From an uncultured Thermoplasmata archaeon (GTDB lineage Archaea; Thermoplasmatota; Thermoplasmata; Lutacidiplasmatales; UBA184): a stretch of DNA of 64,000 bases. The DNA lies in the NCBI GenBank assembly GCA_963730815.1, contig CAVSTD010000003.1, positions 37,570 through 101,569 on the forward strand, in the 5' to 3' direction. The notes under the pieces are model-generated. The model did no database searches. It was not told the origin of the DNA and saw only the letters and a program-made list of their open reading frames with translations. Positions 18,260 to 28,772 of the stretch are shown piece after piece (position 1 is the first letter of the stretch; the number at the start of each line of letters is the position of its first letter). The translations under genes were made by a program, and so were the position numbers.

Positions 18260-19564
18260 TCAGGGAGTGTGGCGAGAGGGGGTCCGAGGGAACGGCGTCG
18301 TGTCGCGGATGTGTTCGCGCCGCAGCATCCAGCGCAGCACCCGCTCGATACCGAGGCCGAAACCCGCGTGCGGGACACTGCCGTGTCGGCGGAGGTCAAG
18401 GTACCACTCGTACTCCTCTATCTTCGCACCGACCTCAGTGATGCGCTCCTTCAACCGGGCGAGGTCGGTCTCGCGGCACGAGGCGCCGACGACCTCTCCG
18501 TACCCTTCCGGTCCAAGGAGGTCCGCCGCTTCGACACAGCGCGGGTCCTCCGGTGAGCGGAGCATGTAGAACGCCTTCAGCTCGCGGGGAAAGTGCGTGA
18601 CGAACAGCGGCGAATGGCTCTCGAGGGTGAGGGCGCGCTCTTCGGCGGTCGCGAGGTCGCTTCCGAAATGAACCGGTAAACCGAGCTTTGAGAGCCGGTC
18701 GATCGCCTCCGCGTAGCGGATCCTCTCGAACGGGGCCCGGATCGCGAGCAGCTCCTCGGGCGGACGGCCGAGCGCCTTGAGCTCCTTCGGCCGACGCTCG
18801 GCGACCGCGTGGACCGCGGAGACCATCATCCGTTCGGTGAAGTCGAGGAGGCTCGCGAGGTCGCACCAGGCGAGCTCGACCTCGAGCATCAGGAACTCGG
18901 TGATGTGCCGGGTGGTCCGGGATTTCTCGGCTCGGAACGCCGGAGTCAGCGAGTAGACCCGCTCGTGCGGGAAGAGCAACGCCTCGAGGTAGAGCTGGGC
19001 GGACTGAGAGAGATACCCGGGGCGACCGAAGTAGTCGATTTGGAACGCTTCCGAGCCGCCCTCCGCGGCATTCCCCGAGATGATCGGGGGCGTCATTTCG
19101 AGGACGTCCTCGTGGTCGAGGAATTCCCGGAACGCCCGCAGAAGCTCGGCTTTCACGCGGAAGATAGCGACGTTCTCCTGCGAGCGGATCGCGAGGTGCC
19201 GTTGGTCGAGCAGGAACTCCTCGGTCTGGTCGGAGAAGATGGGAAACGCTTCCCCGGCGTCGATCACGTCGATCCGGCTCGCTCGGACCTCACGGCCGTC
19301 CGGGGCCCGCCGATCTTCGGCGACCGTGCCCTCGACGGAAACCGCGCCCTCGATCTGGACGTGCTCCGCCGCCGCGAACGCGGCATTGCCGAGTCCGTCA
19401 CGGCGGCCCGTGACCTGGACGACCCCGGTCCGGTCCCTCAGGACGAGGAACAGGATTCCCCCCGAGGAACGGGTCCGCAGCACCCAGCCGCGGAGCCGGA
19501 CCGTTTGGCCGAGCGCGTCGGGGGCGAATGCCCGGGCGACCGGGTCGAAGGAGGGAGCGCTCAC
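18260..19564 (-). CDS. asnS: Asparaginyl-tRNA synthetase
   Basis: OB-fold N-terminus (LRGWV, LRDRTG), YLSQSAQLYLE, FRAEKSRTTRH, YLDLRRHGSVPHAGFGLGIER; GTG start overlaps the TFS stop. Confidence 0.88.
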   Translation of the reverse strand: MSAPSFDPVARAFAPDALGQTVRLRGWVLRTRSSGGILFLVLRDRTGVVQVTGRRDGLGNAAFAAAEHVQIEGAVSVEGTVAEDRRAPDGREVRASRIDVIDAGEAFPIFSDQTEEFLLDQRHLAIRSQENVAIFRVKAELLRAFREFLDHEDVLEMTPPIISGNAAEGGSEAFQIDYFGRPGYLSQSAQLYLEALLFPHERVYSLTPAFRAEKSRTTRHITEFLMLEVELAWCDLASLLDFTERMMVSAVHAVAERRPKELKALGRPPEELLAIRAPFERIRYAEAIDRLSKLGLPVHFGSDLATAEERALTLESHSPLFVTHFPRELKAFYMLRSPEDPRCVEAADLLGPEGYGEVVGASCRETDLARLKERITEVGAKIEEYEWYLDLRRHGSVPHAGFGLGIERVLRWMLRREHIRDTTPFPRTPSRHTP

Positions 19565-19872
19565 GAGTACTCCCGCCACTTGTGGCCGCACTTCGTGCAC
19601 TCGAAGATCCGCGTTTCGGGCTCGTCCGAGCCGCGGGTCTGACGCAGCACCCAGTACGCTTCACCGTTCCCGCATTTGGGACACGTCTCCTCGGTCTTCG
19701 GGAGGGTGACGTGCTTCACTTCGACGACGGCGACCTTTCCGCGTCCGCTCGCGTCGGTCTGGCGGACCTCGACCCCGCGGCCGAGCGGGACCTCTGTGCC
19801 GCACGACGAGCAGCGCCAGACGCCGGCCGCGCGGTCGGGTCGCATCAATCGTTTGCAGTTGGGACAGAACAT
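19561..19872 (-). CDS. tfs: Transcription factor S (TFS/RpoM family)
   Basis: MFCPNC...CSSC and CPKCG...QTRGSDEPETRIFECTKCGHKWRE, with the acidic DE pair. Confidence 0.93.
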   Translation of the reverse strand: MFCPNCKRLMRPDRAAGVWRCSSCGTEVPLGRGVEVRQTDASGRGKVAVVEVKHVTLPKTEETCPKCGNGEAYWVLRQTRGSDEPETRIFECTKCGHKWREYS

Positions 19873-19927
19873 GGGCGGAGTTTCATGAAAGCGGAGGTAC
19901 CGTATTTGACGCTTGGCCGGTCGGGTT

Positions 19928-21333
19928 TCAGCCGATCACCTGCTCGGGCGAACCCGCGCTCGAAGGCGGGGCCCCGGGCGGTGCGACCGAAAGCGGGATC
20001 GGCGAGCTCTTGGCGTTCGGGGCCAGGAGCTTCCGCATGTGCTCCCAACGACGCGCGAGGTCCTCCTTCGTGCCGATGTCGTGGCGCACGTAGTACTGGC
20101 CCTGGACGAAGGCCAGCGCGGCCTCGACACGAGCGCCGGCCTCATGGATTGCGCTTGCCTCACCCACGAGCGCGAGCCCGCGGGAGGTGCTGAGACGCAC
20201 CTTCCCCGGGCCGGCCGCGTCCACGCTGCCGTAGAGGAGATGGACCCCGGCGGCCTCGATCGCGCCGGCGTCGACGGTTAGAATTCCGCCCGGCACCGCC
20301 CGTTCTCCGTACCCGGGGGCACGACGTACTTGACGACCGTCGCCCGACGTCGGAACTGGATCAAGTTCGGGTCGACCTTTCCGGTCGCGACCCCGTACAT
20401 GAACTCCGCGAAGTTTCCTTCCTCGTACAGCGTGAGAGCGTTGATCCCTTCGGGGTCGCCGAGGCGGGCATTGAACTCGAGGAGTCGCGGCCCGTTCGCC
20501 GTGAGCATGAAGCCGCCATAGAGGACCCCCCGGTACGAGAGCCCTTCTTCTCGAAGTGCCCGGACCGTCTTCTCGAGGATTCCGACCGCTCGGTCGCGGT
20601 CGGCCGCGGACAGGAACGGCAGAAGATGGTCCCGCTGGGAGTACGACCCCATCCCGCCGGTATTGCCCCCCCGGTCCCCCTCGAGCGCCCGCTTGAAATC
20701 CTGAACCGCAGGCATCGGGTAGACGCCGGAGTCGGTCACGAACGCCATCTGGCTGAACTCCTCGCCCTCGAGCTTCTCCTCGAGGAGGGCTCGCTGGCCC
20801 TGGACCAGAATCGATTTCGCGTAGACCGCGCCCTCGTTGGCCTCGGCGAAATCGGGCCCTTGAACCCAGACCCCCTTGCCCGCCGTGAGACCGCTCGGCT
20901 TGACGACGAACGGGCCGGAGAACGCCGTTACGGCTCGGTCGACCTCCTCCGGGGTCGCCGGCACGGTGAACTGCGGCTGACCCTCGACGCCGTGGCGTTG
21001 GAGGAGTTCGCGGCAGAACAACTTCGACGTCTCGATCCGGGCCGCGGCGCGGTCGGGACCCACCGTGGGAATCCCCGCGGCTCGGAGCGCGTCGGCAACT
21101 CCCGCACCGAGCGGGGCCTCCGGCCCGATCATCGCGACCTCGACGCGCGCGCTTTGGGCGAACGCGACGACCCGAGCGGCGTCGGTCGGGTCGACCCGGG
21201 CCGACGCCTTCGCAATCCGCTCCAGTCCCGGGTTCGCGTTCGCGCTCGCCACGACGACCTCGGCCTCGGCGCGCTCGAGCGTGAGGGCGATCGAGTGTTC
21301 GCGGGCGCCGCCGCCGACCACAAGGAACCGCAT
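19928..21333 (-). CDS. purD: Phosphoribosylamine-glycine ligase, one -1 frameshift near 20313
   Basis: VVGGGAREHSI, IGPEAPL, GGNTGGMG, EFNARLGDPE; adding one G restores KYVVPPGYG and joins ORF 19928-20296 (YVRHDIG). Confidence 0.92.
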
Positions 21334-21464
21334 GGATGCGCCTCGCAGGAGTCGATGAATGTTATATGAGCGTCGGCGCGGCGGGTCGCCCGGTCGCCCC
21401 GCCCGGCGTTCGTCCCGCCACGCTTAAGAAGCGCTCGTAAGTGGCCGGGCTTCCGGTGCTATCG

Positions 21465-21752
21465 ATGGAGATTCGCGTCGTCGAGAAGGAGCACGACCTC
21501 CTCCGGGTCGAGTTCCCGAAGGGCGAGGAGACCCTGCTCATCCCGCTGGTCGAGGCGCTTCAGCGAGAGGAGAAGGTCATCGAGGCACGCTACTATCTCG
21601 GCCACCCGTACCTCGACCGCCCCACGCTCTACGTCAAGACGAAGGGCGAGAAGCCCCAGCAGGTCCTGAAGCGGGTACTGAAGGACCTAACGGAACTCTA
21701 CGGGGACCTCCTCACCGACTTCGAAAAGAAGGCGGACAAGGTCAAGGCCTGA
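21465..21752 (+). CDS. rpoL: RNA polymerase subunit Rpo11 (L)
   Basis: MEIRVVEKE...GEETLL...ARYYLGHP...PTLYVKT. Confidence 0.8.
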   Translation: MEIRVVEKEHDLLRVEFPKGEETLLIPLVEALQREEKVIEARYYLGHPYLDRPTLYVKTKGEKPQQVLKRVLKDLTELYGDLLTDFEKKADKVKA

Positions 21753-21766
21753 GACGAGCCGGGACG

Positions 21767-22450
21767 ATGCTGAAGGAGTGCGCACAGCACGGGTACTTCC
21801 GGGCGGAGAGTTGCCCGGTCTGCGGCCAACCGGGCCGTTTCCTGATGAACGACCGGGAGCTCGACCACCTCGGACGGGTGCTGACCGGCATCCTTCGGCA
21901 TTTTCCGGACCGCTATCAGCTTCCGATCGAACCCCAGGGCTGGGTCGAGGTCCCCCAGATCGTGCGCGCGATCTCCCAGAAGCATCCCGCGTATCACTGG
22001 CTTCGCCCCCAGCACTTGATCGCCATCGCGGAGACCGACGCGAAGGGACGCTACGAGGTCCGGGACGACCGCATCCGGGCGACGTACGGGCACACGGTCG
22101 ATGTCGAGCTCGACCTGCCCACGGAGAACATCCCCGATTTCCTCTACTATCCCGTCACCGAAGAGGAGGCGGCGATCGTTCTCGAGGTGGGACTGAAACC
22201 CTCGGACCGCAAGAAGGTCCACCTTTCGAAGACGGCCGGCGACGCCCATGCGGCGGGATCCGTCCGGACTCCGAATCCGGTCATCCTGGAGGTCGACGCG
22301 AAGCGCGCCCGGGAGGGCGGTCTCGTGATCATGAAGGCGGGAAAGACCGTCTATCTCGTCGACCGGGTGCCGCCCGAGTACCTCCACCGCTCCGAGGTGC
22401 CCGTCCCGGAAGCAGCGACCCCGGAACCGGAATCGGGATCGGACGCCTGA
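21767..22450 (+). CDS. kptA: RNA 2'-phosphotransferase (KptA/Tpt1)
   Basis: N-terminal Zn knuckle, GILRHFP, DAKGRYE, IRATYGHT, GLKPSDRKKVHLS. Confidence 0.92.
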   Translation: MLKECAQHGYFRAESCPVCGQPGRFLMNDRELDHLGRVLTGILRHFPDRYQLPIEPQGWVEVPQIVRAISQKHPAYHWLRPQHLIAIAETDAKGRYEVRDDRIRATYGHTVDVELDLPTENIPDFLYYPVTEEEAAIVLEVGLKPSDRKKVHLSKTAGDAHAAGSVRTPNPVILEVDAKRAREGGLVIMKAGKTVYLVDRVPPEYLHRSEVPVPEAATPEPESGSDA

Positions 22451-22451
22451 A

Positions 22452-23138
22452 CTACGCGAACCCGTCGTTCGCGACGTTCGAGTTGTAGAGCGTCGTGATG
22501 TACACTCCGACCGTGAGGTGGGTGGACGGCGCGTACGGGTTCGTGAACACGAAGTAGTAGGTGTCGGTCACGAGCGGCGAATACACGAGCTGGGCGTTGT
22601 ACGTGGGACCCACCGTATAGAGCGGGGTTGGGGCCCCTCCCTCGGAGAACTGGGCAAACTCGCTCGAGTTGTAGACCGCAAGACCGATGTTCACGCCCAC
22701 GGGGTGGACGGTCGTGAAGTTCCCCGTGACGAAATCCCCGCCCGTGATGTCGCCGGAGATCACGGTGAAGTTCCCCGGGCCGACCGTGTACGTGCCCGCA
22801 GTGGTAAGAGGGTCCCCGACCAGGTCCGGCGGTCCGCTCAGCTCCGCGGAGAGGACGGCGTAGGCGAGCCCGGCGACGACGGTGATGACGATGAGCGTCC
22901 GGAAACCATGGGTCAGGCGGATCCAGCGGCGGACCTTGGGGGGCGCGCTCTGAGCTTCCGCCGCCGAGAGCGGCTTCGCAGCGCCGCAAATCTCGCACTT
23001 CGTTGCCCCCGGCCGGACCGCCACTCCACAGAAGTGGCAAGTCCCCCATTCATCCGGCGAAGCGCCCGCAGCGGCCACAGGTCCCGCCGTCGACCCCTCT
23101 GTTCCCCTTTTGGGGTTTCGTACGAACCCCGGGGCCAT
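22452..23138 (-). CDS. Zn-ribbon + TM + extracellular beta-sandwich (GOLD-like) protein
   Basis: CHFCG...CEICG, one TM helix, DTYYFVFTN. Confidence 0.7.
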   Translation of the reverse strand: MAPGFVRNPKRGTEGSTAGPVAAAGASPDEWGTCHFCGVAVRPGATKCEICGAAKPLSAAEAQSAPPKVRRWIRLTHGFRTLIVITVVAGLAYAVLSAELSGPPDLVGDPLTTAGTYTVGPGNFTVISGDITGGDFVTGNFTTVHPVGVNIGLAVYNSSEFAQFSEGGAPTPLYTVGPTYNAQLVYSPLVTDTYYFVFTNPYAPSTHLTVGVYITTLYNSNVANDGFA

Positions 23139-23157
23139 TCGAGCGAGGCGCGGCGAC

Positions 23158-24636
23158 CTACGACTTCTTGCGCGACGCCCCGACGTTCACGAGTACGTTC
23201 TTCCGACGTGTGAACGTATCGAGAGCGCGGATCCCCTGCTCGAAGCCCACTCCGCTCGATTTGACGCCGGCGAACGGGGTCTGGGGGTAGGTGGTCGGCG
23301 AATCGTTGACCACGACCATGCCGCTCTCGAGCCGGCGGGCGACCGAGTGGGCGGTGGAAAGGTCGCGCGTCCAGATCGCGGCGAGCAGTCCGTACGGGGT
23401 GTCGTTCGCCATCCGCACGGCTTCCTCGGTGTCGGCAAACGAGGCGACCCCGAGCACCGGCCCGAATATCTCCTCGCGCACGGCCCGGGAGCTCGGGGGC
23501 ACGTCGGCGAGGATCGTGGGGCGGACGAAGTTGCCGCGAGCCAGTACAGGGTCATCGGGCCTCGACCCGCCAACCACGACGCTGCCGCCGCTCTCGCGAG
23601 CGTCCCGCACGTAGTCGAGGACCCTCTCGAGCTGTTCCTTCGAGACGAGCGGCCCCATCTCGACCCCTTCGAGCATCCCCGGTCCGAGCTTCAGGCCCTC
23701 GGCGATCCCGCGAAGCTTCTCGAGGAACGGAACCCGGATGCTCTCGTGGACCAGCAATCGGGAAGCTGCCCAGCACATCTGGCCCGCGTTCCCGAAGATC
23801 CCGTACCCCACCGCCTTCGCCGCCCGTTCCAGGTCCGCGTCCGGAAAGACGAGGACCGGTCCCTTGCCGCCGAGCTCGAGCGTGAGCGGCACGAACCGTC
23901 GGGCGGCGAGCTCGGCGATCCGACGACCGACGTCGCCGCTGCCCGTGAACGTGACGGAGGCGCACCGAGGGTCCTCGATCAGCGCCTCGCCCACCTCGGC
24001 GCCGCTTCCGGTGACCACGTTGAGGATACCGTCCGGGATTCCCGCGTCCTTCGCGAGCCGTGCGAAGGCGACCGCGGTGAGGGGCGTGAGGCTTGCCGGT
24101 TTGAGGACCACGGCGTTGCCGGCTGCAAGCGCGGGGGCGACCGACCGCACGGAAAGGAGGAGCGGATAGTTCCACGGCGCGATGTGTACGGTGACGCCGA
24201 GAGGCTCCCGGATCGTGTAATCGAACCGGGGGCCAGGGACCGGGATCGTTTCGCCCTCGACCTTATCGGCCGCGCCCGCGAAGTACTCGAGGGTCCGGAC
24301 CACGTAGCCGATGTCGCCGCGCGACTCGCGCAGCGGTTTTCCCATGTTCAGCGTCTCGAGCCGTGCGAACGCTTCGGCCTGCCCTTCGAGGGCCGAGGCA
24401 AGACGGTAGAGGGCCTTTCCGCGGCGAGCGCCATCGTCCCCGGCCCAATTCGATTCGCGGAACGCGCGTTCCGCGACCTCCATCGCGCGGTGAGCATCCT
24501 CCCGCGACGCGACGGCCGATTCGGCCATCGGTTGGTTGTTGGCCGGGTCTAGGACCGGTCGATGTTCCCCACGGGCCCCGGGGACTTCCTGACCTCCGAT
24601 GACGAGCTCGAACTTCGTCTCGCTGCGAGCGGCCAT
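23158..24636 (-). CDS. Aldehyde dehydrogenase
   Basis: PWNYP, LKPAS, FTGS, LELGGK, NAGQMC, EEIFGPV. Confidence 0.95.
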   Translation of the reverse strand: MAARSETKFELVIGGQEVPGARGEHRPVLDPANNQPMAESAVASREDAHRAMEVAERAFRESNWAGDDGARRGKALYRLASALEGQAEAFARLETLNMGKPLRESRGDIGYVVRTLEYFAGAADKVEGETIPVPGPRFDYTIREPLGVTVHIAPWNYPLLLSVRSVAPALAAGNAVVLKPASLTPLTAVAFARLAKDAGIPDGILNVVTGSGAEVGEALIEDPRCASVTFTGSGDVGRRIAELAARRFVPLTLELGGKGPVLVFPDADLERAAKAVGYGIFGNAGQMCWAASRLLVHESIRVPFLEKLRGIAEGLKLGPGMLEGVEMGPLVSKEQLERVLDYVRDARESGGSVVVGGSRPDDPVLARGNFVRPTILADVPPSSRAVREEIFGPVLGVASFADTEEAVRMANDTPYGLLAAIWTRDLSTAHSVARRLESGMVVVNDSPTTYPQTPFAGVKSSGVGFEQGIRALDTFTRRKNVLVNVGASRKKS

Positions 24637-24682
24637 GGTCAAACGCGACCACGGTCGCTCGACCACTTAGCCGTTCGGGACG

Positions 24683-25825
24683 CTACGGGCCCATCGGGTA
24701 GGAGCGCCCTTTCCACGCGACGGGTTTGCGCCGGAGTCCGCGGCCGAGGGACGTCGCGATGAGAACGATGTAGTAGCCGACGGCGAGAGGGTAGAGCAAT
24801 CCGTAGGACGGCGGAGCGCCGATCGCACGGGCAAAGACGACGTGCTTGCCGAAGAGGGCGAAGTACAGGAACCCGCCCATCAGGGTCAGGACGAGGGAAC
24901 CCGTCCATAGACCGAAAGGGAGAAGGGCGAGCGGGAGGAGGAAAAGGCCGATCAGACCGGCGATGAACCCGACGAGGCGCACGGCCGAGAACTGGGTCCC
25001 ATGGACGTTCTTGAGGAGTCCCTCGAACATCTCCGTTCGGTTGCGATACATTCGGGTCTGGGCCAACAGGGGGGTCCACGCGACTCGCAACGCGCGTCCC
25101 TGCGCACGGTATCTTCGCGCGATGGCGACGTCCTCGAGGACAATCGACCGCACGGCCTCGTGGCCTCCCGTGGCGAAGTACGTCGCACGAGGGGTGAGCC
25201 AGAACTGCCCGTTCGCCATCGCGGTGTGCGACTTCGGACGGTTGACATGGGGGGTCCGGAAGTAGGTCAAAACCACCTGGACGTAGAACGGAAGAACGAG
25301 TCGCTCCCAGAAGCTCCGCATCTCGACCTTCGGCGCGATCGTCGCGAGGTCGGCCCGCTCCCGTTCGGCCCACTCGAGCGTCGTCCGGACGGTCGCGGGA
25401 TGCGTGCGCACGTCGGCGTCTTCGAACAGGAGCCAATCGCCGGTCGCCGCTTGGGCCCCGTTCCAACACGCCCAGTTCTTGCCCACCCAACCCGGGGGAA
25501 GCGGAGGCGGGTTCACCCGACGGACCCGGGGCGCGCGCGCATCGATCACCCGGCCGGTCCCGTCGGTCGAACCGTCCTCTACGACGAGGATCTCGAGGTT
25601 CGGATAATCCTGGGCGAGCAGGCAATCCAAGGTAGTCGGCAGGTCGAGCTCCTCGTTGCGCGCCGCGATCACTACGCTGACCTGAGGAGGTGCCTCCGGC
25701 GGAGGTCCGGGCGGGGCCGGGTCCAGTCGAGGCATTTGCGCCGCGAGCAACAGCGCGAAGCCCTGATAGACGAGAACGGCGACCGCCGCAGCGAGGAGGA
25801 GGAGCTCGACTTCGAGGGGTACCAT
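24683..25825 (-). CDS. Membrane GT2 glycosyltransferase (CrtQ/HpnB-like)
   Basis: VVIAARNEE, EDGSTD, PPGWVGKNWAC, EDAD, ANGQF, LEDV, RMY; C-terminal TM helices. Confidence 0.88.
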   Translation of the reverse strand: MVPLEVELLLLAAAVAVLVYQGFALLLAAQMPRLDPAPPGPPPEAPPQVSVVIAARNEELDLPTTLDCLLAQDYPNLEILVVEDGSTDGTGRVIDARAPRVRRVNPPPLPPGWVGKNWACWNGAQAATGDWLLFEDADVRTHPATVRTTLEWAERERADLATIAPKVEMRSFWERLVLPFYVQVVLTYFRTPHVNRPKSHTAMANGQFWLTPRATYFATGGHEAVRSIVLEDVAIARRYRAQGRALRVAWTPLLAQTRMYRNRTEMFEGLLKNVHGTQFSAVRLVGFIAGLIGLFLLPLALLPFGLWTGSLVLTLMGGFLYFALFGKHVVFARAIGAPPSYGLLYPLAVGYYIVLIATSLGRGLRRKPVAWKGRSYPMGP

Positions 25826-25886
25826 CGCCCGGCGTAGACGGCCCTTATTAAAGCCGTGGTCGCTGGACGGGCGGAGCACGTCGTCG

Positions 25887-27492
25887 ATGGCCACGGTCGC
25901 GCATCCCCGGGTCCGGCCCGGCCTCCTCGAGGACCGCGTCTACCAGGAACAGATCGCCGAGGTGGCGGTCGCCCAGAACACTCTCGTGGTCCTCCCGACG
26001 GGTCTCGGCAAGACCGCGATCGCGCTTCGGGTCATCGCTGACTTCCTCCTTCGGCGACCGACCGAGTCCGTGCTGTTCCTCGCGCCCACTCGGCCGCTGG
26101 TCGTGCAGCACGCAAGGGAGGTCGCCCGAACCTTGCTCGCACCGGAACCGCTGACGCTCACGGGAGCGATCGCGCCGGAGCGACGGGCGGCGCTCTTGAA
26201 GCCGCCTCAGGTCGTGGTCGCGACCCCTCAGGTGGTCGGGAACGACCTCTCCGCGGGCGACTTCCCGCTGGATACGTTCTCCCTAATCGTCTTTGATGAG
26301 GCGCATCGAGCAGTCGGCGACTACCCGTACGTCGCGATCGCCAAGGCAAATCGCGAAGAGCCGAACGCGCGAGTCCTCGCGATGACGGCCTCGCCCGGCG
26401 GGAGCCGACACCGGATCCGGGAGGTCTGGGCGAATCTCGGGATCGAGCGGTTCGAGTACCCGTACGGAGCTGAGTCCCGATGTGGCGCCGTACATTCATG
26501 GGATCGGAGTCGAAACGGTCGAGGTAGCGGTCCCGGCCGAGGTCCGGCATCTGGCGATCTTACTGCGCGCGGCGATTCAGCGACAGGTCGACGTGCTGCG
26601 GAAGCTCGACCTCTTGCCGGCCGGAGAGGCAGGTCGCCGGGTGCTGCTCGATGTCGGGATTCGACTTCAACGACAGATCCGCGCCGAGGAGACCCAGTCG
26701 GGTTCGGCGTCGGGAATCCTGTGGAAGGCCCGAACGGCTCAGGCGGCGGCCATGAAGGGGCTGCACGCGCTCGAACTGATCGAGACCCAGGGAGTCGATT
26801 CGCTTCGGGAGTACTTCGGTCGCCAACGGCCCGGCGAGGGAAAACGATGGACCCCGGCACTTCGAGCCTTCCTCGGCGACCCGGACGTGGAGGAGGTCGT
26901 GCGTCGCCTCGAATCGCTGACCGTGGAGCATCCGAAGCTCGCGAAGACGGTGGAGATCGTGCGTGCGGAACTCCATCGCAACTCGAAGGCGAGGGTGATC
27001 GTCTTCTCGCAGTACCGCGACACCGTCGACCACATTGTGGAGGAGATCGACCGTCTCCACGACCCCGAGGTTCGACCGGCGCGGTTCGTCGGCCAGGCGA
27101 CCCACGGGGAGGACACGGGGCTCAGCCAGCGCGAGCAAGGCGCGATTCTCGACCGGTTCCGCGCGGGCGAGGTGAACTGCCTCGTGGCCACCTCGGTCGC
27201 CGAGGAGGGCCTCGACATCCCCGCGACCGACCTCGTGGTCTTCTACGAGCCGGTCCCGGACGTGATCCGCACCATCCAACGACGGGGGCGGACCGGCCGG
27301 GCGCGCACGGGCCGCGCGATCGTGCTGGTCGCCGAGGGGACGCGCGATGTGGGACTCAACCGTTCCGCGTCCTCCCGGGAACGTCGGATGCACGAGATGC
27401 TCGTCGAGGTCCAATCCGAGGTCGAGAAAGGTCGCTCGCCACCGCCCCCTGAGCCCAAACGGGTGCAGCGGCTCCTCTCGGAGTTCCGCTAA
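25887..27492 (+). CDS. hef: Hef/FANCM-like DEAH helicase without ERCC4 nuclease domain; one +1 frameshift at 26459-26461
   Basis: RVYQ, LPTGLGKT, DEAHRAVGDY, MTASPG; removing one C gives EYRTELSPDVAPY; then HPK, VATSVAEEGLDIP, IQRRGRTGR. Confidence 0.9.
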
Positions 27493-27932
27493 CGGCCCGT
27501 GCTGCCGAACCCGCCCTGCCGGGACCGGACTCTGTCCACTTTCCCCGGCCGGAAAAGGGCGGGTTCGTTGGAGACCAGACGGACCTGACCGATCCGGTCG
27601 CCCACCTCGATCCGGTACCTGCCCTCGAAGAGGTAGGTGAGGGGAACTCGGACCTCGCCGGAGTAATCGGAGTCGATCGTACCGGGAGCGTTCGCCATCA
27701 GCACGCCGCGGCTGCTGAGTCCGCTGCGCGGTCGCACCTCGAGGAACGTCCCGGCCGGGCAGCGCATCTTGAGGCCCGTTCGTACGAGGGTGACTCGTCC
27801 GCGCTCGAGCTCCACCGCTTCGGCGCTCGCGAGGTCAAAGCATGCCGACCCCCGGGTGGCCCGGGACGGGAGAGGGACCTCGGAGACCCCGGAGACGCGT
27901 TCGACCCGGATCGTGCGCGACCGGCGAGGCAT
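27489..27932 (-). CDS. dut: dUTP diphosphatase
   Basis: SACFDL, RPRSGL, GTIDSDYSGE, GDRIGQ, RQGGFGSTG. Confidence 0.95.
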   Translation of the reverse strand: MPRRSRTIRVERVSGVSEVPLPSRATRGSACFDLASAEAVELERGRVTLVRTGLKMRCPAGTFLEVRPRSGLSSRGVLMANAPGTIDSDYSGEVRVPLTYLFEGRYRIEVGDRIGQVRLVSNEPALFRPGKVDRVRSRQGGFGSTGR

Positions 27933-27957
27933 GCGATTCGGGAGCGCTCTTCTCTCT

Positions 27958-28692
27958 TTACGGTTCCCGCGCGGGCGCTCCGTCGGCCGCCTCGGAGTCG
28001 GGAACCGTTCCCTCCGACGCGAGCCACCGGGCCACGATGCGTCCTTCGGCCCGGCGCAGGACCTTCCCGAGCGCGGGAGCGCTGCGTCCCGTCTGCTGCG
28101 CGAGTCGGGTGAGCGTAATCCGACGCGGAACGGCGTAGTAGCCCATCACCCACGCTCGAGCTAGAAGGCGCGACTGAAGGGGAGTCAACGGAGCGGCTCC
28201 TTCCTCCGGAGCGTACGGCCGGCCCGACGCCCGCACCACCCGGTACGGGAACTCCTCCCGGTCGAGCCGTTTCAGTACGCGACGTAAGGCTCCCTCCTGA
28301 CCGTGGAACGTGGCGATGACCTTCTCCGCCGTGATGCGGAACGGAGCGGTCGGGGAGATCTCCCCGCCGGCGAGCGAGAGGAGACGACGCAGACGATCGG
28401 GATTTCGCTGGCGGACGAGCAGGATGTAGTCGTGGGTCCTCGGCCGTCGCTCGACGAGCTCGAAGCTCTCGAGCCCGTAGAGCGCGCGGATGCGCCGGGA
28501 TTCGCGCTCGAGCTCGGAGGCGGTCTTGAGCGGCCCCCGACGCCGGACCCTCAGGAGCTGGAGGCGCCAGCCCTGTTCCAGGCGAAGCGTTTCCAGCAGC
28601 TCGACCTCTTCGTACTTCTCGAACAGACCCTCGGGGATGAGTCCGAGTACCGCGAGGTCCTCCGTCCGGACCTCGAGCGTCACGGTCTGCAT
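27958..28692 (-). CDS. Bat/HTH_10-type transcriptional regulator
   Basis: C-terminal LTPLQ...AWVMGYYAVPRRITLTRLA...LRRAE. Confidence 0.85.
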   Translation of the reverse strand: MQTVTLEVRTEDLAVLGLIPEGLFEKYEEVELLETLRLEQGWRLQLLRVRRRGPLKTASELERESRRIRALYGLESFELVERRPRTHDYILLVRQRNPDRLRRLLSLAGGEISPTAPFRITAEKVIATFHGQEGALRRVLKRLDREEFPYRVVRASGRPYAPEEGAAPLTPLQSRLLARAWVMGYYAVPRRITLTRLAQQTGRSAPALGKVLRRAEGRIVARWLASEGTVPDSEAADGAPAREP

Positions 28693-28772
28693 CGCGAGCT
28701 CGACCGGAGGTTCCGATATGAACCTTGACCCTCGCCCCTGCGCTTAATAATCCGGGCGGTTCGACGCCCCTC

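Noticed and set aside
20278-20340. Programmed frameshifting in purD, hef or arcS
   Set aside because: No canonical slippery heptamers, mixed +1/-1 directions in short homopolymers; sequencing error is simpler.
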